Shown piece after piece: positions 8,551 through 18,037 of a stretch of DNA of 64,000 bases (position 1 is its first letter; each line of letters starts with the position of its first letter). This DNA comes from Elusimicrobiota bacterium (GTDB lineage: Bacteria > Elusimicrobiota > Elusimicrobia > UBA1565 > UBA9628), in assembly GCA_026388095.1 (NCBI GenBank), contig JAPLKL010000044.1, forward strand, positions 3,993 through 67,992. Direction: 5' to 3'. Made by a program: the position numbers and the translations under genes. The notes beneath the pieces are model-generated. The model had not been told where the DNA came from. It saw only the letters and a program-made list of their open reading frames with translations, and made no database searches.

Positions 8551-11043
8551 ATGAACGACCAGAAGCCCCTTTTCCTGACCGACGCCCAGCTCCAAAACGA
8601 GATGGAGAAGTGCGAATACTGCGCGGAAAAGCCCTGCCAAGCGGGCTGCCCCGCGGACTGCTCCCCGGCCGATTTCATCATGGCCGCGATGAAGGGCGAA
8701 GCCTCGGACTACAAGCGCTCCGCGGCCTTGATCATGGGCCACAACCCGCTCGGCGGAGTGTGCGGCGCGGTCTGCCCGGACAAGCACTGCATGGCGAAGT
8801 GCTCGCATAAGGAGTTCGACGCTCCCCTCGACATCCCGGCCATGCAGGCCACCATCGTGCAGAAGGCCAAGGACCTGGGCGTCATGCCCCGCTTCGAGCT
8901 GGCCAAGCCCAACGGCAAGAAGGTCTCCGTGGTGGGCGCCGGCCCCGCAGGGCTGGGCGCGGCCGCGCTGCTGGCCCAGAAGGGCTACGCCGTGGACGTC
9001 TTCGACGCGGACCGCCGCGTGGGCGGCATGTGCAACCTCATCCCGGACTTCCGCCTGGACAAGCGCGTGCTCGACACGGACATCGACTTCCTGCGCTCGC
9101 TGGGCCACATCACCTTCAAGCTGGGCAAGAAGGTCCCGACGCCGGCGACCTTGGCCGCCAAGTACCACGCCGTGGTGGTGGCCTCCGGCCTGGACAACCC
9201 CATCCGCCTGGGCATCCCGGGCGAGGAAGCCTCCCTCAACTGGTTCGCCTGCCTCAAGGACCCGGCCAAGCACCCGCTCAAGGGCCGGCGCGTGGCCGTC
9301 ATCGGCGGCGGCGCCGTGGCCGCCGACTGCGCCGAGACCGCGGCCGAGCAGGGCGCGGCCTCAGTCGAGCTCTTCTGCCTGGAGAAGCTCGGCGAGATGC
9401 CGCTGACCGCCAAGGAGATGAAGGGCCTGCTCGACACCGGCGCCCAGATCACCGGCCGCATCAGCGTCACCGCCATCCTGGCCAAGGCCGGCAAGGCCGT
9501 GGGCCTGGAGACCGTCAAGGTCGCTCTGCCCAAGGGCAGGAAGTTCCATCCGCGCGAGGTCAAGGCCCTGGCGGGCTCGCAAGCTCGCCGCCAGGACATC
9601 GACTGCGTCATCATCGCCATCGGCTCGCGGCCCACGGTCAAGGCCGAGGAGCGCAAGGGCGTGTTCTTCGCCGGCGACATGCAGAACGGCCCCACCACGG
9701 TGGTGGAAGCCGTGGCCGCGGGCAAGAACGCGGCCTTGGAGCTAGACGCGTATCTCTCCAAGGGCCCCAAGCCCGCCATCGACAGGAAGGTCAAGAGCCA
9801 CGCCCTGCTGCCGGGCCGCAACCTCATGCCCGTGCCGCTGGAGGCCGACTTCTTCGGCCGCAAGATCATCTCGCCCTTCCTGCTTTCGGCCGCGCCGCCT
9901 TCGGACGGCTACGACCAGATGAGGAAGGCCTACGAGGCCGGCTGGCCGGGCGGCGTGATGAAGACCGCCTTCGACGGCGTGCCGATCCATATCCCGTCCG
10001 AATACATGTTCGCATTCACGCAGTCGACCTACGCCAACTGCGACAACGTTTCGGGCCATCACCTCGAGCGCGTGCGCCGCGAGATCGAGCGCCTGGTCAA
10101 GGAATACCCGGACCGCCTCACCATGGCCTCCACGGGCGGCCCGGTGACGGGCAACGACGAGAGCGATAAGAAGGGCTGGCAGTCCAACACCAAGAAGCTC
10201 GAGGACTGCGGCGTGATGGGCATCGAGTACAGCCTCTCCTGCCCGCAGGGCGGCGACGGCACCAAGGGCGACATCGTCAGCCAGGATGCGGAGCTCACGG
10301 CCAAGATCATCGGCTGGGTGCTCTCCAGCGGCGACCCGGACATCCCGAAGCTCTTCAAGCTCACGGCCGCAGTGACCGCGATCTACCCCATCATGGCCGA
10401 GATCAAGAAGGTCCTGGCGCGGTACCGCAACGCCAAGGCCGGAGTGACCTTGGCCAACACCTTCCCGACTTTGGGCTTCCGCAAGGGCGAGAAATCCACC
10501 TGGGAAGAGGGCGTGGTGGTGGGCATGAGCGGCGAGGGGGTCATCCCGATCTCGAACCTGACCTTGGCCAACGTCTCGCGCATGGGCGTGGCGGTCTCCG
10601 GCAACGGCGGCCCCATGGACTATAAGTCAGCCGCGGACTTCCTGGCTCTGGGCGCCAAGACCGTGCAGTTCTGCACCATCGTGATGAAGCAGGGCTACGG
10701 CATCATCGACGAGCTGCACTCGGGCGTCTCGCACCTGATGGAGGCGCGGGGGATCTCTTCGATGGACCAGCTCATCGGCCGGGCGCTGCCGGACCCCATC
10801 CGGGGCTTCATGGAGCTCTCTCCGGTCAAAAAGATCTCCGCGGTCAAGGACGAGCTCTGCATGCACTGCGGCAACTGCACCCGCTGCCCGTACCTGGCCG
10901 TCAGCCTCAGCGACGAGAAGGTCCCGGAGACCGACCCGGAGCGGTGCGTGGGCTGCTCCATCTGCACCCAGAAGTGCTTCTCCGGCGCGCTCTACATGCG
11001 CCAACGGACCCATAAGGAACTGGCCGCCCTGAAGGAAGCCTAA
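8551..11043 (+). CDS. Fused PreT/PreA-type NAD(P)-dependent dihydropyrimidine dehydrogenase-like oxidoreductase. GltD-like FAD/NAD(P) domain plus DHODH-like FMN domain plus C-terminal 2x[4Fe-4S].
   Basis: 830 aa. N-terminal Cys cluster; VSVVGAGPAGLGAAALLAQKG dinucleotide fold; second Rossmann VAVIGGGAVAADCAETA; GIEYSLSCPQGGDG DHODH-like motif; C-terminal CMHCGNCTRCP...CVGCSICTQKC ferredoxin motifs. Domain order is the same as mammalian DPD. Confidence 0.75.
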   Translation: MNDQKPLFLTDAQLQNEMEKCEYCAEKPCQAGCPADCSPADFIMAAMKGEASDYKRSAALIMGHNPLGGVCGAVCPDKHCMAKCSHKEFDAPLDIPAMQATIVQKAKDLGVMPRFELAKPNGKKVSVVGAGPAGLGAAALLAQKGYAVDVFDADRRVGGMCNLIPDFRLDKRVLDTDIDFLRSLGHITFKLGKKVPTPATLAAKYHAVVVASGLDNPIRLGIPGEEASLNWFACLKDPAKHPLKGRRVAVIGGGAVAADCAETAAEQGAASVELFCLEKLGEMPLTAKEMKGLLDTGAQITGRISVTAILAKAGKAVGLETVKVALPKGRKFHPREVKALAGSQARRQDIDCVIIAIGSRPTVKAEERKGVFFAGDMQNGPTTVVEAVAAGKNAALELDAYLSKGPKPAIDRKVKSHALLPGRNLMPVPLEADFFGRKIISPFLLSAAPPSDGYDQMRKAYEAGWPGGVMKTAFDGVPIHIPSEYMFAFTQSTYANCDNVSGHHLERVRREIERLVKEYPDRLTMASTGGPVTGNDESDKKGWQSNTKKLEDCGVMGIEYSLSCPQGGDGTKGDIVSQDAELTAKIIGWVLSSGDPDIPKLFKLTAAVTAIYPIMAEIKKVLARYRNAKAGVTLANTFPTLGFRKGEKSTWEEGVVVGMSGEGVIPISNLTLANVSRMGVAVSGNGGPMDYKSAADFLALGAKTVQFCTIVMKQGYGIIDELHSGVSHLMEARGISSMDQLIGRALPDPIRGFMELSPVKKISAVKDELCMHCGNCTRCPYLAVSLSDEKVPETDPERCVGCSICTQKCFSGALYMRQRTHKELAALKEA

Positions 11044-11049
11044 GGCCGG

Positions 11050-12267
11050 TTGCCGGTGCGCAGTCCTTTCCGCGGCCTGCCGCGGGCCTTCGTGGTCCTC
11101 TGGTGGGGCATGCTCGTCAACCGCCTCGGCGGTTTCGTGGTGCCCTTCCTGGCCATCTACCTGACCTCCCAGAGGGGGTTCAGCGTCGAGCGCGTGGGCC
11201 TGATCCTCTCGCTCTACGGCGCGGGCTCGGTTCTGGCCGGGCCCTTGGGGGGCTGGCTCTCCGACCGCTTGGGCCGCAAGGCCGTGATGGTGACCTCCTT
11301 GTGCCTGGGCGCGTGCTCGGTGCTGTCCTTGGCCGCGGTCCAGCGCGGGCCGGCCGTGGCCCTGGCCGTGTTCTGCGTCTCCTTCCTGGGGGACATGTAC
11401 CGGCCGGCCTGCTCGGCCATGGTGGCGGACCTCATCCCGGACCAGCGCCAGCGCGCCTTCGGCCTGGTCTATTGGGCCATCAACCTTGGCTTTTCCGGCG
11501 CCATGATCGTCGCGGGAGCCCTGATGCGTTTCGGCTTCCTGGTGCTCTTCACGGCCGACGCGGCCACCTCGCTCGCCTTCGCCGTGCTCGTGGCCCTGTT
11601 CGTGCCGGAGACCAGGCCCGAGGGGGGGACGGCCCATCCGCTCCACATCGCCGCGCCGTTCCGGGACGGCGGCTTCGTCGCTTTCTTCCTGCTCATGCTG
11701 GGCATCGCGATCATCTACAGCCAGGCGCACTGCACCTTGCCCGTGGACATGCAGCGCCACGGCATCTCCGCCGCCGGCTTCGGCTACATCATCGCCATCA
11801 ACGGGGTCATGATCGCCATCCTGCAGCCCTGGGTCGGCCAGCGGCTCGGGCGCCTGCCGCCCGCGCGGGTGCTGGCGCTCAACGGCCTGCTCACCGGCGT
11901 GGGCTTCGGCATCCAGGCCCTGGCCGGAGGCGCTCCCATCTACGTCGCGGCCATCGTGGTCTGGACGCTCGGCGAGATCATAGGCGCGCCCATGGCCTCC
12001 ACCGTCGTGGCGTCCCTGTCCCCGGCGTCTTTGCGCGGGACCTACCAGGGCGCCCTGCAGACCGCCTGGGGCGGAGGAGCGTTCCTGGCGCCGATGCTGG
12101 GCGGATTCGCGATGGGGAGCTTCGGCGGGCCGGCGCTCTGGGTCGGCTGCATGGTCCTGGGCTGCCTGGTGGGATTGGGGCATTGGCTCGTGACCGGGGC
12201 CATTTTGCAGCGCCGCAGCGCCCGGAATTTTTCTATGATGAGCGGACAGCCGCAACCGGAGGTCTGA
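11050..12267 (+). CDS. MFS transporter.
   Basis: About 12 TM helices. GPLGGWLSDRLGRKAVM is the MFS motif A. A TTG start is proposed; the true start could be the downstream ATG at 11110. Confidence 0.75.
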   Translation: MPVRSPFRGLPRAFVVLWWGMLVNRLGGFVVPFLAIYLTSQRGFSVERVGLILSLYGAGSVLAGPLGGWLSDRLGRKAVMVTSLCLGACSVLSLAAVQRGPAVALAVFCVSFLGDMYRPACSAMVADLIPDQRQRAFGLVYWAINLGFSGAMIVAGALMRFGFLVLFTADAATSLAFAVLVALFVPETRPEGGTAHPLHIAAPFRDGGFVAFFLLMLGIAIIYSQAHCTLPVDMQRHGISAAGFGYIIAINGVMIAILQPWVGQRLGRLPPARVLALNGLLTGVGFGIQALAGGAPIYVAAIVVWTLGEIIGAPMASTVVASLSPASLRGTYQGALQTAWGGGAFLAPMLGGFAMGSFGGPALWVGCMVLGCLVGLGHWLVTGAILQRRSARNFSMMSGQPQPEV

Positions 12268-12271
12268 AACC

Positions 12272-13603
12272 ATGCCCCGCAACATCCTGATCAAGAACGG
12301 CATCATCGCCACCTTGGGCGATGAGAACAAGGTCCTCTATGGCCACGCCCTGCTCATCCAGGACGGGCTCATCAAGACCATCGCGCCGCAAGGGACCTTC
12401 CGGGGCAAGTACGCCAAGGTCATCGACGCCAAGGGCAAGGTGGTCCTGCCCGGCTTCATCAACGCGCACATGCACTTCTACAGCACGATGGTGCGCGGGC
12501 TGGGCAAAGCCGCCCCGTCCAAGGACTTTCAGGAGGTCCTCGAGAACCTGTGGTGGCGCCTCGACAAGAAGCTGACCGTGGAAGACTCCTACTACAGCGC
12601 GGTCCTGCCCCTCATCGACGCGGTCAAGCGGGGCACCACGACGCTCATCGACCACCACGCCAGCCCCTTCGCCGCGCGCGGCTCGCTCAGCAAGATCGCC
12701 CAGGCCGTCAAGGACGTCGGCCTGCGCGCGTCTTTGTGCTATGAGCTCTCGGACCGCGACGGGCCCAAGGTGGCGCAGGACGGCATCGACGAGAACCTGG
12801 CTTTCATCAAGACGTGCGCCAAGGACAAGGACCCGCAGCTCAAGGCCCTCTTCGGCCTGCACGCCTCCTTCACCATCAAGGACGCGACTCTGGAGAAGGC
12901 CTCCGCGGCCGGCCGCGAGCTGGGCGCGGGCTTCCACGTGCACACGGCCGAGGCCAAGTCCGACCAGGACTACAACATCAACAACTTCAACATGCGCGTG
13001 GTGGCGCGCCTGCAGAAGTTCGGCATCCTGGGGCCCAAGACCATCGCGGCGCACTGCGTGCACGTCGACGAGGACGAGATGAGCCTGCTGCGCGACACGG
13101 GCACGGCCGTGGCGCACAACCCGCAGTCCAACATGAACAACGCGGTCGGCGTGGCCGACATCATCAAGATGTCCCAGAAAGGCATTTTGGTGGGCCTGGG
13201 CACCGACGCCATGACCGTGAACATGCTCGAGGAGGTGCGCGTCGCCCTTTGGGCCCAGCACCTGTCCCACAACAACCCGAGCGTGGGCTTCATGGAGGCG
13301 CTGGGCAGCCTCATGTTCAACAACGCCAAGATCGCCAACCGCTACTGGGACCCAAAGGTGGGCGTGCTGAAGGAAGGCTACGCGGCGGACGTGATCCTGA
13401 TGGACTACTGGCCGCCCACGCCCTTCGACGAGAGCACCTTCCTGGGGCACCTGGGCTTCGGGATCTCCCAGTCCTTCGTGGACACCACCATCTGCGGCGG
13501 CAAGGTGCTCATGGAAGGCAAGAAGCTCAAGATCGGCTTGGACGAGGCGGAAGTCGCGGCCAAGTCCCTGGAGCTCTCCAAGAAGCTCTGGGCCCGATTC
13601 TGA
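12272..13603 (+). CDS. ssnA: SsnA-like aminohydrolase/chlorohydrolase (amidohydrolase superfamily, ATZ/TRZ-type deaminase).
   Basis: 443 aa. PGFINAHMHFYSTMVRGLG is a metal-binding HxH motif; GFHVHTAEA and HCVHVDEDE further ligand motifs. Overall fits the guanine/cytosine-deaminase-like family. Confidence 0.75.
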   Translation: MPRNILIKNGIIATLGDENKVLYGHALLIQDGLIKTIAPQGTFRGKYAKVIDAKGKVVLPGFINAHMHFYSTMVRGLGKAAPSKDFQEVLENLWWRLDKKLTVEDSYYSAVLPLIDAVKRGTTTLIDHHASPFAARGSLSKIAQAVKDVGLRASLCYELSDRDGPKVAQDGIDENLAFIKTCAKDKDPQLKALFGLHASFTIKDATLEKASAAGRELGAGFHVHTAEAKSDQDYNINNFNMRVVARLQKFGILGPKTIAAHCVHVDEDEMSLLRDTGTAVAHNPQSNMNNAVGVADIIKMSQKGILVGLGTDAMTVNMLEEVRVALWAQHLSHNNPSVGFMEALGSLMFNNAKIANRYWDPKVGVLKEGYAADVILMDYWPPTPFDESTFLGHLGFGISQSFVDTTICGGKVLMEGKKLKIGLDEAEVAAKSLELSKKLWARF

Positions 13604-13636
13604 CTTTGTGAGGGTCTGACCCTCACAAAGTCGGAG
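13604..13636. terminator. Bidirectional terminator-like perfect hairpin between convergent ssnA-like and cNMP-binding genes.
   Basis: GACTTTGTGAGGG-TCTGA-CCCTCACAAAGTC is a 13-bp perfect stem immediately after the ssnA-like TGA. No strong T-run. Confidence 0.4.
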
Positions 13637-13725
13637 CCTTTCCCGGAGCACGACCCCCGCTTCGGCATACCGAAGGCCAAGGGCCTCATGTTCGTGGAGC
13701 TCGCCAAGGCGCTGGCTTATGAGCC

Positions 13726-14193
13726 TTAGGTCTGGAACATCGTCTGGACGCGCGTGCAGGCCACTTGCTTGATCCAGGCGTCCAGGGCTTTGTGCTTCTT
13801 GAGCAGACCGGTGAGATCCCGGGCCGGGAAGCGGAAGAGCCGGCAGGCTGATTCCGTGCGCACCGTGGCCGAGCGGGCGGACTTCATCAAGAATCCGATC
13901 TCTCCGAAGAAGTCGCCGGGGCCGAGCCGGCCCACCTCGCGCGCCGCGGCCTTGGCGGCTTTGCGCCAGACCGACAGCTCGCCCTTGTAGACCACGAAGA
14001 AATCCTCGCCGCGCTCGCCTTCCCGGAGCACGTCTTGATAGGCGGGCCAGACCTCCAGAGAGATGGCGGGGAGGCTCTCCAGCAGGCTTTCCAGGGCCGG
14101 CGACTCGGAGAGCGCCTCGGAGAGCTTCAGGGATTGGGCCAGCCAGTCGAGGTCCTTGGGGCGGATGTTCTGCGGCACAGGTGTCTTGGGCAT
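13726..14193 (-). CDS. Cyclic-nucleotide-binding domain protein.
   Basis: 155 aa. DVLREGERGEDFFVVYKGELSV...GPGDFFGEIGFLMKSARSATVRTESACRLF is the canonical cNMP-binding fold (FGE motif, RSAT). Confidence 0.75.
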   Translation of the reverse strand: MPKTPVPQNIRPKDLDWLAQSLKLSEALSESPALESLLESLPAISLEVWPAYQDVLREGERGEDFFVVYKGELSVWRKAAKAAAREVGRLGPGDFFGEIGFLMKSARSATVRTESACRLFRFPARDLTGLLKKHKALDAWIKQVACTRVQTMFQT

Positions 14194-14279
14194 GGCATGG
14201 CCTCCGATCCTGGGTCAATGATAGCTCATCGGGCCGCTCCGGTCAAAGGGACGTCGGCAGCGCGTCGGGTTTCCGCGCG

Positions 14280-14972
14280 TCAGTCCGCCGGATTGTCGCC
14301 GGGAGGGGGAGGGCCGGTGGGCGCCCCGCCGTCGACCTCGCTCTGGCCCTGGAACCAGAGCTGGATCTGTCCGAGCGCCGCGGCCTGCCGGATGCTTCCG
14401 CCCTTCATCTGCAGGTAGAGCTTCATCTCGAGTCTGTCCTTGCCGTTGCTGCCGTCCGGGAAGCCATGGGGCTGGGGCCAGAGGTTCTCAACGTGGCTGT
14501 TGCCGCCGATGGACAGGGGGATGAGGTGGTCGAACTCGTAGTCGTGCCATTCGCTCTGCGCGACGCCATAGTGCGCCGCCACCTCCTGCTTCATCTGCTG
14601 GGTGACGTGGCGCTTGCAGTAAGGGATCTGCTCGGCGTAGCGGAACTCCTTGAAATCCGGGTCGCTGGTACTGCAGAGCTTCCCGGGAGTGAAGGACCAA
14701 TCCGGGGCGACCCGCGGTGCCGTGCCGCCGAGGACCGTCAGGGGAGCTTGCGAGGCGGGCTTCACCGGGGCGGCCGCGCCGGCCGGAGGGACCGCGGCGC
14801 GGTCCAGGGCGGAGCTGTTGCCGAAGAACCGGGCCGAGAGGCCCTGGATCGCGCCAGGCTGGATGAGGCTCGTCGCCGCGGCCGCGGGCTGCTGGTCCGC
14901 AGGCTGCGTCTGCGCGGCTGCCAGCGCGGGAGCCAGGAGGACGAGAGAGAAGGCGAAGCTCTGCAGGCGCAT
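14280..14972 (-). CDS. Secreted HNH endonuclease-domain protein.
   Basis: Signal peptide MRLQSFAFSLVLLAPALAAAQT. HNH motif DYEFDHLIPLSIGGNSHVENLWPQ. Pro/Ala-rich linker. Confidence 0.7.
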   Translation of the reverse strand: MRLQSFAFSLVLLAPALAAAQTQPADQQPAAAATSLIQPGAIQGLSARFFGNSSALDRAAVPPAGAAAPVKPASQAPLTVLGGTAPRVAPDWSFTPGKLCSTSDPDFKEFRYAEQIPYCKRHVTQQMKQEVAAHYGVAQSEWHDYEFDHLIPLSIGGNSHVENLWPQPHGFPDGSNGKDRLEMKLYLQMKGGSIRQAAALGQIQLWFQGQSEVDGGAPTGPPPPGDNPAD

Positions 14973-15088
14973 GTCGCGGCCTCGGTAATATCATTATTGG
15001 GGGCAAGGGCCCGCTCTGTCAAGACCCAGAGACCCCCTCGCTTGGGGGGGGCTTCATTTCCTATAATGATAACGTCCGGAAGCATCAA

Positions 15089-16207
15089 ATGAAAACGATC
15101 CTGGAGAAGCTGAGGCTGAGATTCGAGTTCGTGTTCGTCTTGGCGATCATCTTGTCGGCCGGGTGCATCCATTATCTGGTCCGCTACAAGCTGGCCTTCC
15201 TGAACCTCTACGCCATCCCGGTCCTGATGGCGGCCTACTATTTGGACACCCGCAAGACCATTCTGGGAGGTCTCGCCTGCATCCTGCTGACCTTGTTGAA
15301 TGTGGCGCTGGCGCCGCAGCGGTTCCTGGGTCCTGGGGGCGGCGTGGAGCTCTATTTCAGCCTGCTCACTTGGGGGGCCTTCCTTCTCCTTGCGGCCATC
15401 CTGGTAGACTACATGAAGAAGCAGCTGGTCAGCGAGATCGAGCATGGCAAGGGCCTGGGCCGGCAGATCGTAGCGCTCAAGGAGTTCGACGCACTCAAGG
15501 ACCGGTTCGCGCGCAGCGTCACCCACGACCTCAAGGCGCCCTTGAACGCGGTGCAGGCCTATGCGCAGCTCATGCGCAGCGGCACCTCCGGGCCGCTTTC
15601 CCAGACGCAGCAGCGGCAATTGGGCATCATCTGCTCCAGCACGGAGGAGATGGCCTACCTCATCGATGAGATCCTGGATTTCGCCAAGATCCGGGCGGGA
15701 CTCATGCAGTTCCACAAGGCCCCGGTCCGCGTGCGGGAGATCCTGCAGTCCGTGCACGATCTGCATAAGGTCAACGCCGAGAAATTCGGGATCCAGTTCA
15801 TCATGCAGGCGCAGGAACCCTTGCCGCAGGTCTGCGTGGACAAGGGGCAGATCGCCCGGGTGGTCACGAACCTGGTCTTCAATGCCTTCAAATTCACTCC
15901 GAGCGGCGGCAAGGTCGAGATCTTCGCCCGTCGGGACGCCGCGTCCCAAGTGCTGGTGCAGGTCCGGGACAGCGGGGTGGGCATCCCCAAGGCTCTGTTG
16001 GAGAGCATCTTCGATCAGTTCTTCCAGGTCGCCGATACCCGCAAGAAGGCGCGCACCGTAGGGACCGGCCTGGGGCTGGCCATCGCCAGGGAGATCGTGC
16101 AGAGCCACGGCGGAAAGATCTGGGCGGAGAGCGGCAACGGGGACGGCAGCGTGTTCTCTTTCACTCTCCCCGCCGAGCCCGAGCCCGCGGCGCAAGCAGG
16201 CAGGTAA
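15089..16207 (+). CDS. Membrane-bound sensor histidine kinase.
   Basis: N-terminal multi-TM region. HisKA (FARSVTHDLKAPLNAV) and HATPase_c (NLVFNAFKFT...GTGLGLAIAREIVQSHGGKIW). Confidence 0.85.
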   Translation: MKTILEKLRLRFEFVFVLAIILSAGCIHYLVRYKLAFLNLYAIPVLMAAYYLDTRKTILGGLACILLTLLNVALAPQRFLGPGGGVELYFSLLTWGAFLLLAAILVDYMKKQLVSEIEHGKGLGRQIVALKEFDALKDRFARSVTHDLKAPLNAVQAYAQLMRSGTSGPLSQTQQRQLGIICSSTEEMAYLIDEILDFAKIRAGLMQFHKAPVRVREILQSVHDLHKVNAEKFGIQFIMQAQEPLPQVCVDKGQIARVVTNLVFNAFKFTPSGGKVEIFARRDAASQVLVQVRDSGVGIPKALLESIFDQFFQVADTRKKARTVGTGLGLAIAREIVQSHGGKIWAESGNGDGSVFSFTLPAEPEPAAQAGR

Positions 16208-16217
16208 AGGAGCGCGT

Positions 16218-16595
16218 ATGCCAGAGCAGAAGAAGGTCCTCGTGATCGACGACGACATAACCCTGCAGGAGTTCTACACCCAGGTCCTGTCGGCCCATAT
16301 AGTGAAATTCTGCACCAGCGGAGAGGACGCCATAGCCTGGCTCGAGGCCGGCGCGACCTTCGATCTCATCTTCCTGGATCTCGACCTGTTGGGCATGTCC
16401 GGCTTCTCGGTCCTGGATAGGTTCAAGGCGATGAACACAGGCAAGTTCCCCCCGGTGATCGTCAACTCCTGCCTCACCGACGCTGAGACGCAGAAGCGGG
16501 CTCTGGAGAATGGGGCTGCGGCCTTCATGTACAAGCCGATCTCCATGGATAACCTCTTGGGCCTGACCCAGAGGTTCTTCAGCGCGGCGAAGTGA
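16218..16595 (+). CDS. Single-domain response regulator (CheY-like receiver).
   Basis: VLVIDDD...DLIFLDLDLLGMSG...AFMYKP. Immediately downstream of the kinase. Confidence 0.8.
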   Translation: MPEQKKVLVIDDDITLQEFYTQVLSAHIVKFCTSGEDAIAWLEAGATFDLIFLDLDLLGMSGFSVLDRFKAMNTGKFPPVIVNSCLTDAETQKRALENGAAAFMYKPISMDNLLGLTQRFFSAAK

Positions 16596-18037
16596 AGCTA
16601 TTCTTCCTGCTGGGCCTGTGCGCCTGGCCCGCGCTGGCGCGGGCCGGCGCGGAAAAATGGTTTTTCAGCAAGCCCAGGACCGTGCGGGTCTACCTTACGG
16701 CCTCGGCCGGCGGCCAGCGCCTGGCCCTGACGGAGACTTCGCCCTTCGCCGACTTCGGCCAGCCGCTGGAGTCCCAGCCCTGCGTGTTCGTGGACCCCTC
16801 CAAAGCCTTCCAGACCGTGCTCGGCATCGGCGGAGCCCTGACCGACGCGGCGGCCGAGACCTTCGCGAAGCTGCCCAAGGACAGGCAGCGCGAGCTCCTG
16901 CGCTCCTATTATGACGTCAAGGACGGCATCGGCTACACCTTGGCCCGCACCAACATCCACAGCTGCGACTTCTCCAGCGAGAGCTACACCTACGTCGCGG
17001 ACGGCGACCGCGCCCTCAAGACCTTCAGCGTGGCCCACGACCGGAAGTTCCGCATCCCGCTGATCAAGAGGGCCATAGCCGCGGCGGGCGGCGCGCTGAC
17101 CCTCTTCGCCAGCCCCTGGAGCCCGCCGGCCTGGATGAAGGACAACGGCAGCATGCTGCAGGGCGGACATCTCAAGCCCGAGTTCTTCCAGACCTGGGCC
17201 GACTACTACGTGCGCTTCATCCGCGCCTACGAGGCCGAGGGCATCCCGGTCTGGGGCATGACCATCCAGAACGAGCCCATGGCCAAGCAGACCTGGGAGT
17301 CCTGCGTCTTCACGGCGCCGGAGGAGCGGGACTTCCTCAAGAACCACCTGGGTCCGACCTTGGCCAAGGCGGGGCTGGGCGACCGGAAGGTCCTGGTCTG
17401 GGACCACAACCGGGACTTGATGTACCAGCGGGCGCAGACGATCTTCGGCGATCCGGAGGCGGCCAAGTACGCCTGGGGCCTGGCCTTCCATTGGTACGAG
17501 AACTGGTCCGGGGGAGAGCCTCAGTTCGAGAACGTCCGGCGCGTAGCCGAGGCCTTCCCGGGCGTCAACCTCTTCCACACCGAGGGCTGCAACGGACCTT
17601 TCGACACGAAGCGCATCGACGACTGGGGCTGGGGCGAGAGCTACGGCCGGTCCATGATCAACGACTTCAACAACGGCGCGGTGGCCTGGACGGACTGGAA
17701 CGTGCTCCTCGATGAGCGGGGCGGTCCCAACCACGTGGGAAACTTCTGCTTCGCTCCGGTCCACGCCGACACCAGGACCGGGGACCTGCACTACACCAGC
17801 GCCTACTACTACATCGGGCATTTCTCCAAGTTCATCCGGCCGGGCGCGCGCCGGGTGGCCAGCCTGAGCAGCCGGGACCCGCTGCTGACCACGGCCTTCC
17901 GCAACGGCGACGGCAAGCTGGCCGTGGTGGTGATGAACCGGGGCGACAAGGATATCGCTTATCGCCTGTGGATCGAGGGCCAGGCCGCGGCGCTCACCAG
18001 CCCTGCGCACTCGATCGCGACCTTGCTGGTCGACTAG
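16592..18037 (+). CDS. Secreted glycoside hydrolase family 30 (glucosylceramidase-like).
   Basis: Signal peptide MKLFFLLGLCAWPALARA (GTG start). GH30 motifs: FASPWSPPAWMK, IQNEP, GLAFHWY, HTEGC. Confidence 0.8.
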   Translation: MKLFFLLGLCAWPALARAGAEKWFFSKPRTVRVYLTASAGGQRLALTETSPFADFGQPLESQPCVFVDPSKAFQTVLGIGGALTDAAAETFAKLPKDRQRELLRSYYDVKDGIGYTLARTNIHSCDFSSESYTYVADGDRALKTFSVAHDRKFRIPLIKRAIAAAGGALTLFASPWSPPAWMKDNGSMLQGGHLKPEFFQTWADYYVRFIRAYEAEGIPVWGMTIQNEPMAKQTWESCVFTAPEERDFLKNHLGPTLAKAGLGDRKVLVWDHNRDLMYQRAQTIFGDPEAAKYAWGLAFHWYENWSGGEPQFENVRRVAEAFPGVNLFHTEGCNGPFDTKRIDDWGWGESYGRSMINDFNNGAVAWTDWNVLLDERGGPNHVGNFCFAPVHADTRTGDLHYTSAYYYIGHFSKFIRPGARRVASLSSRDPLLTTAFRNGDGKLAVVVMNRGDKDIAYRLWIEGQAAALTSPAHSIATLLVD

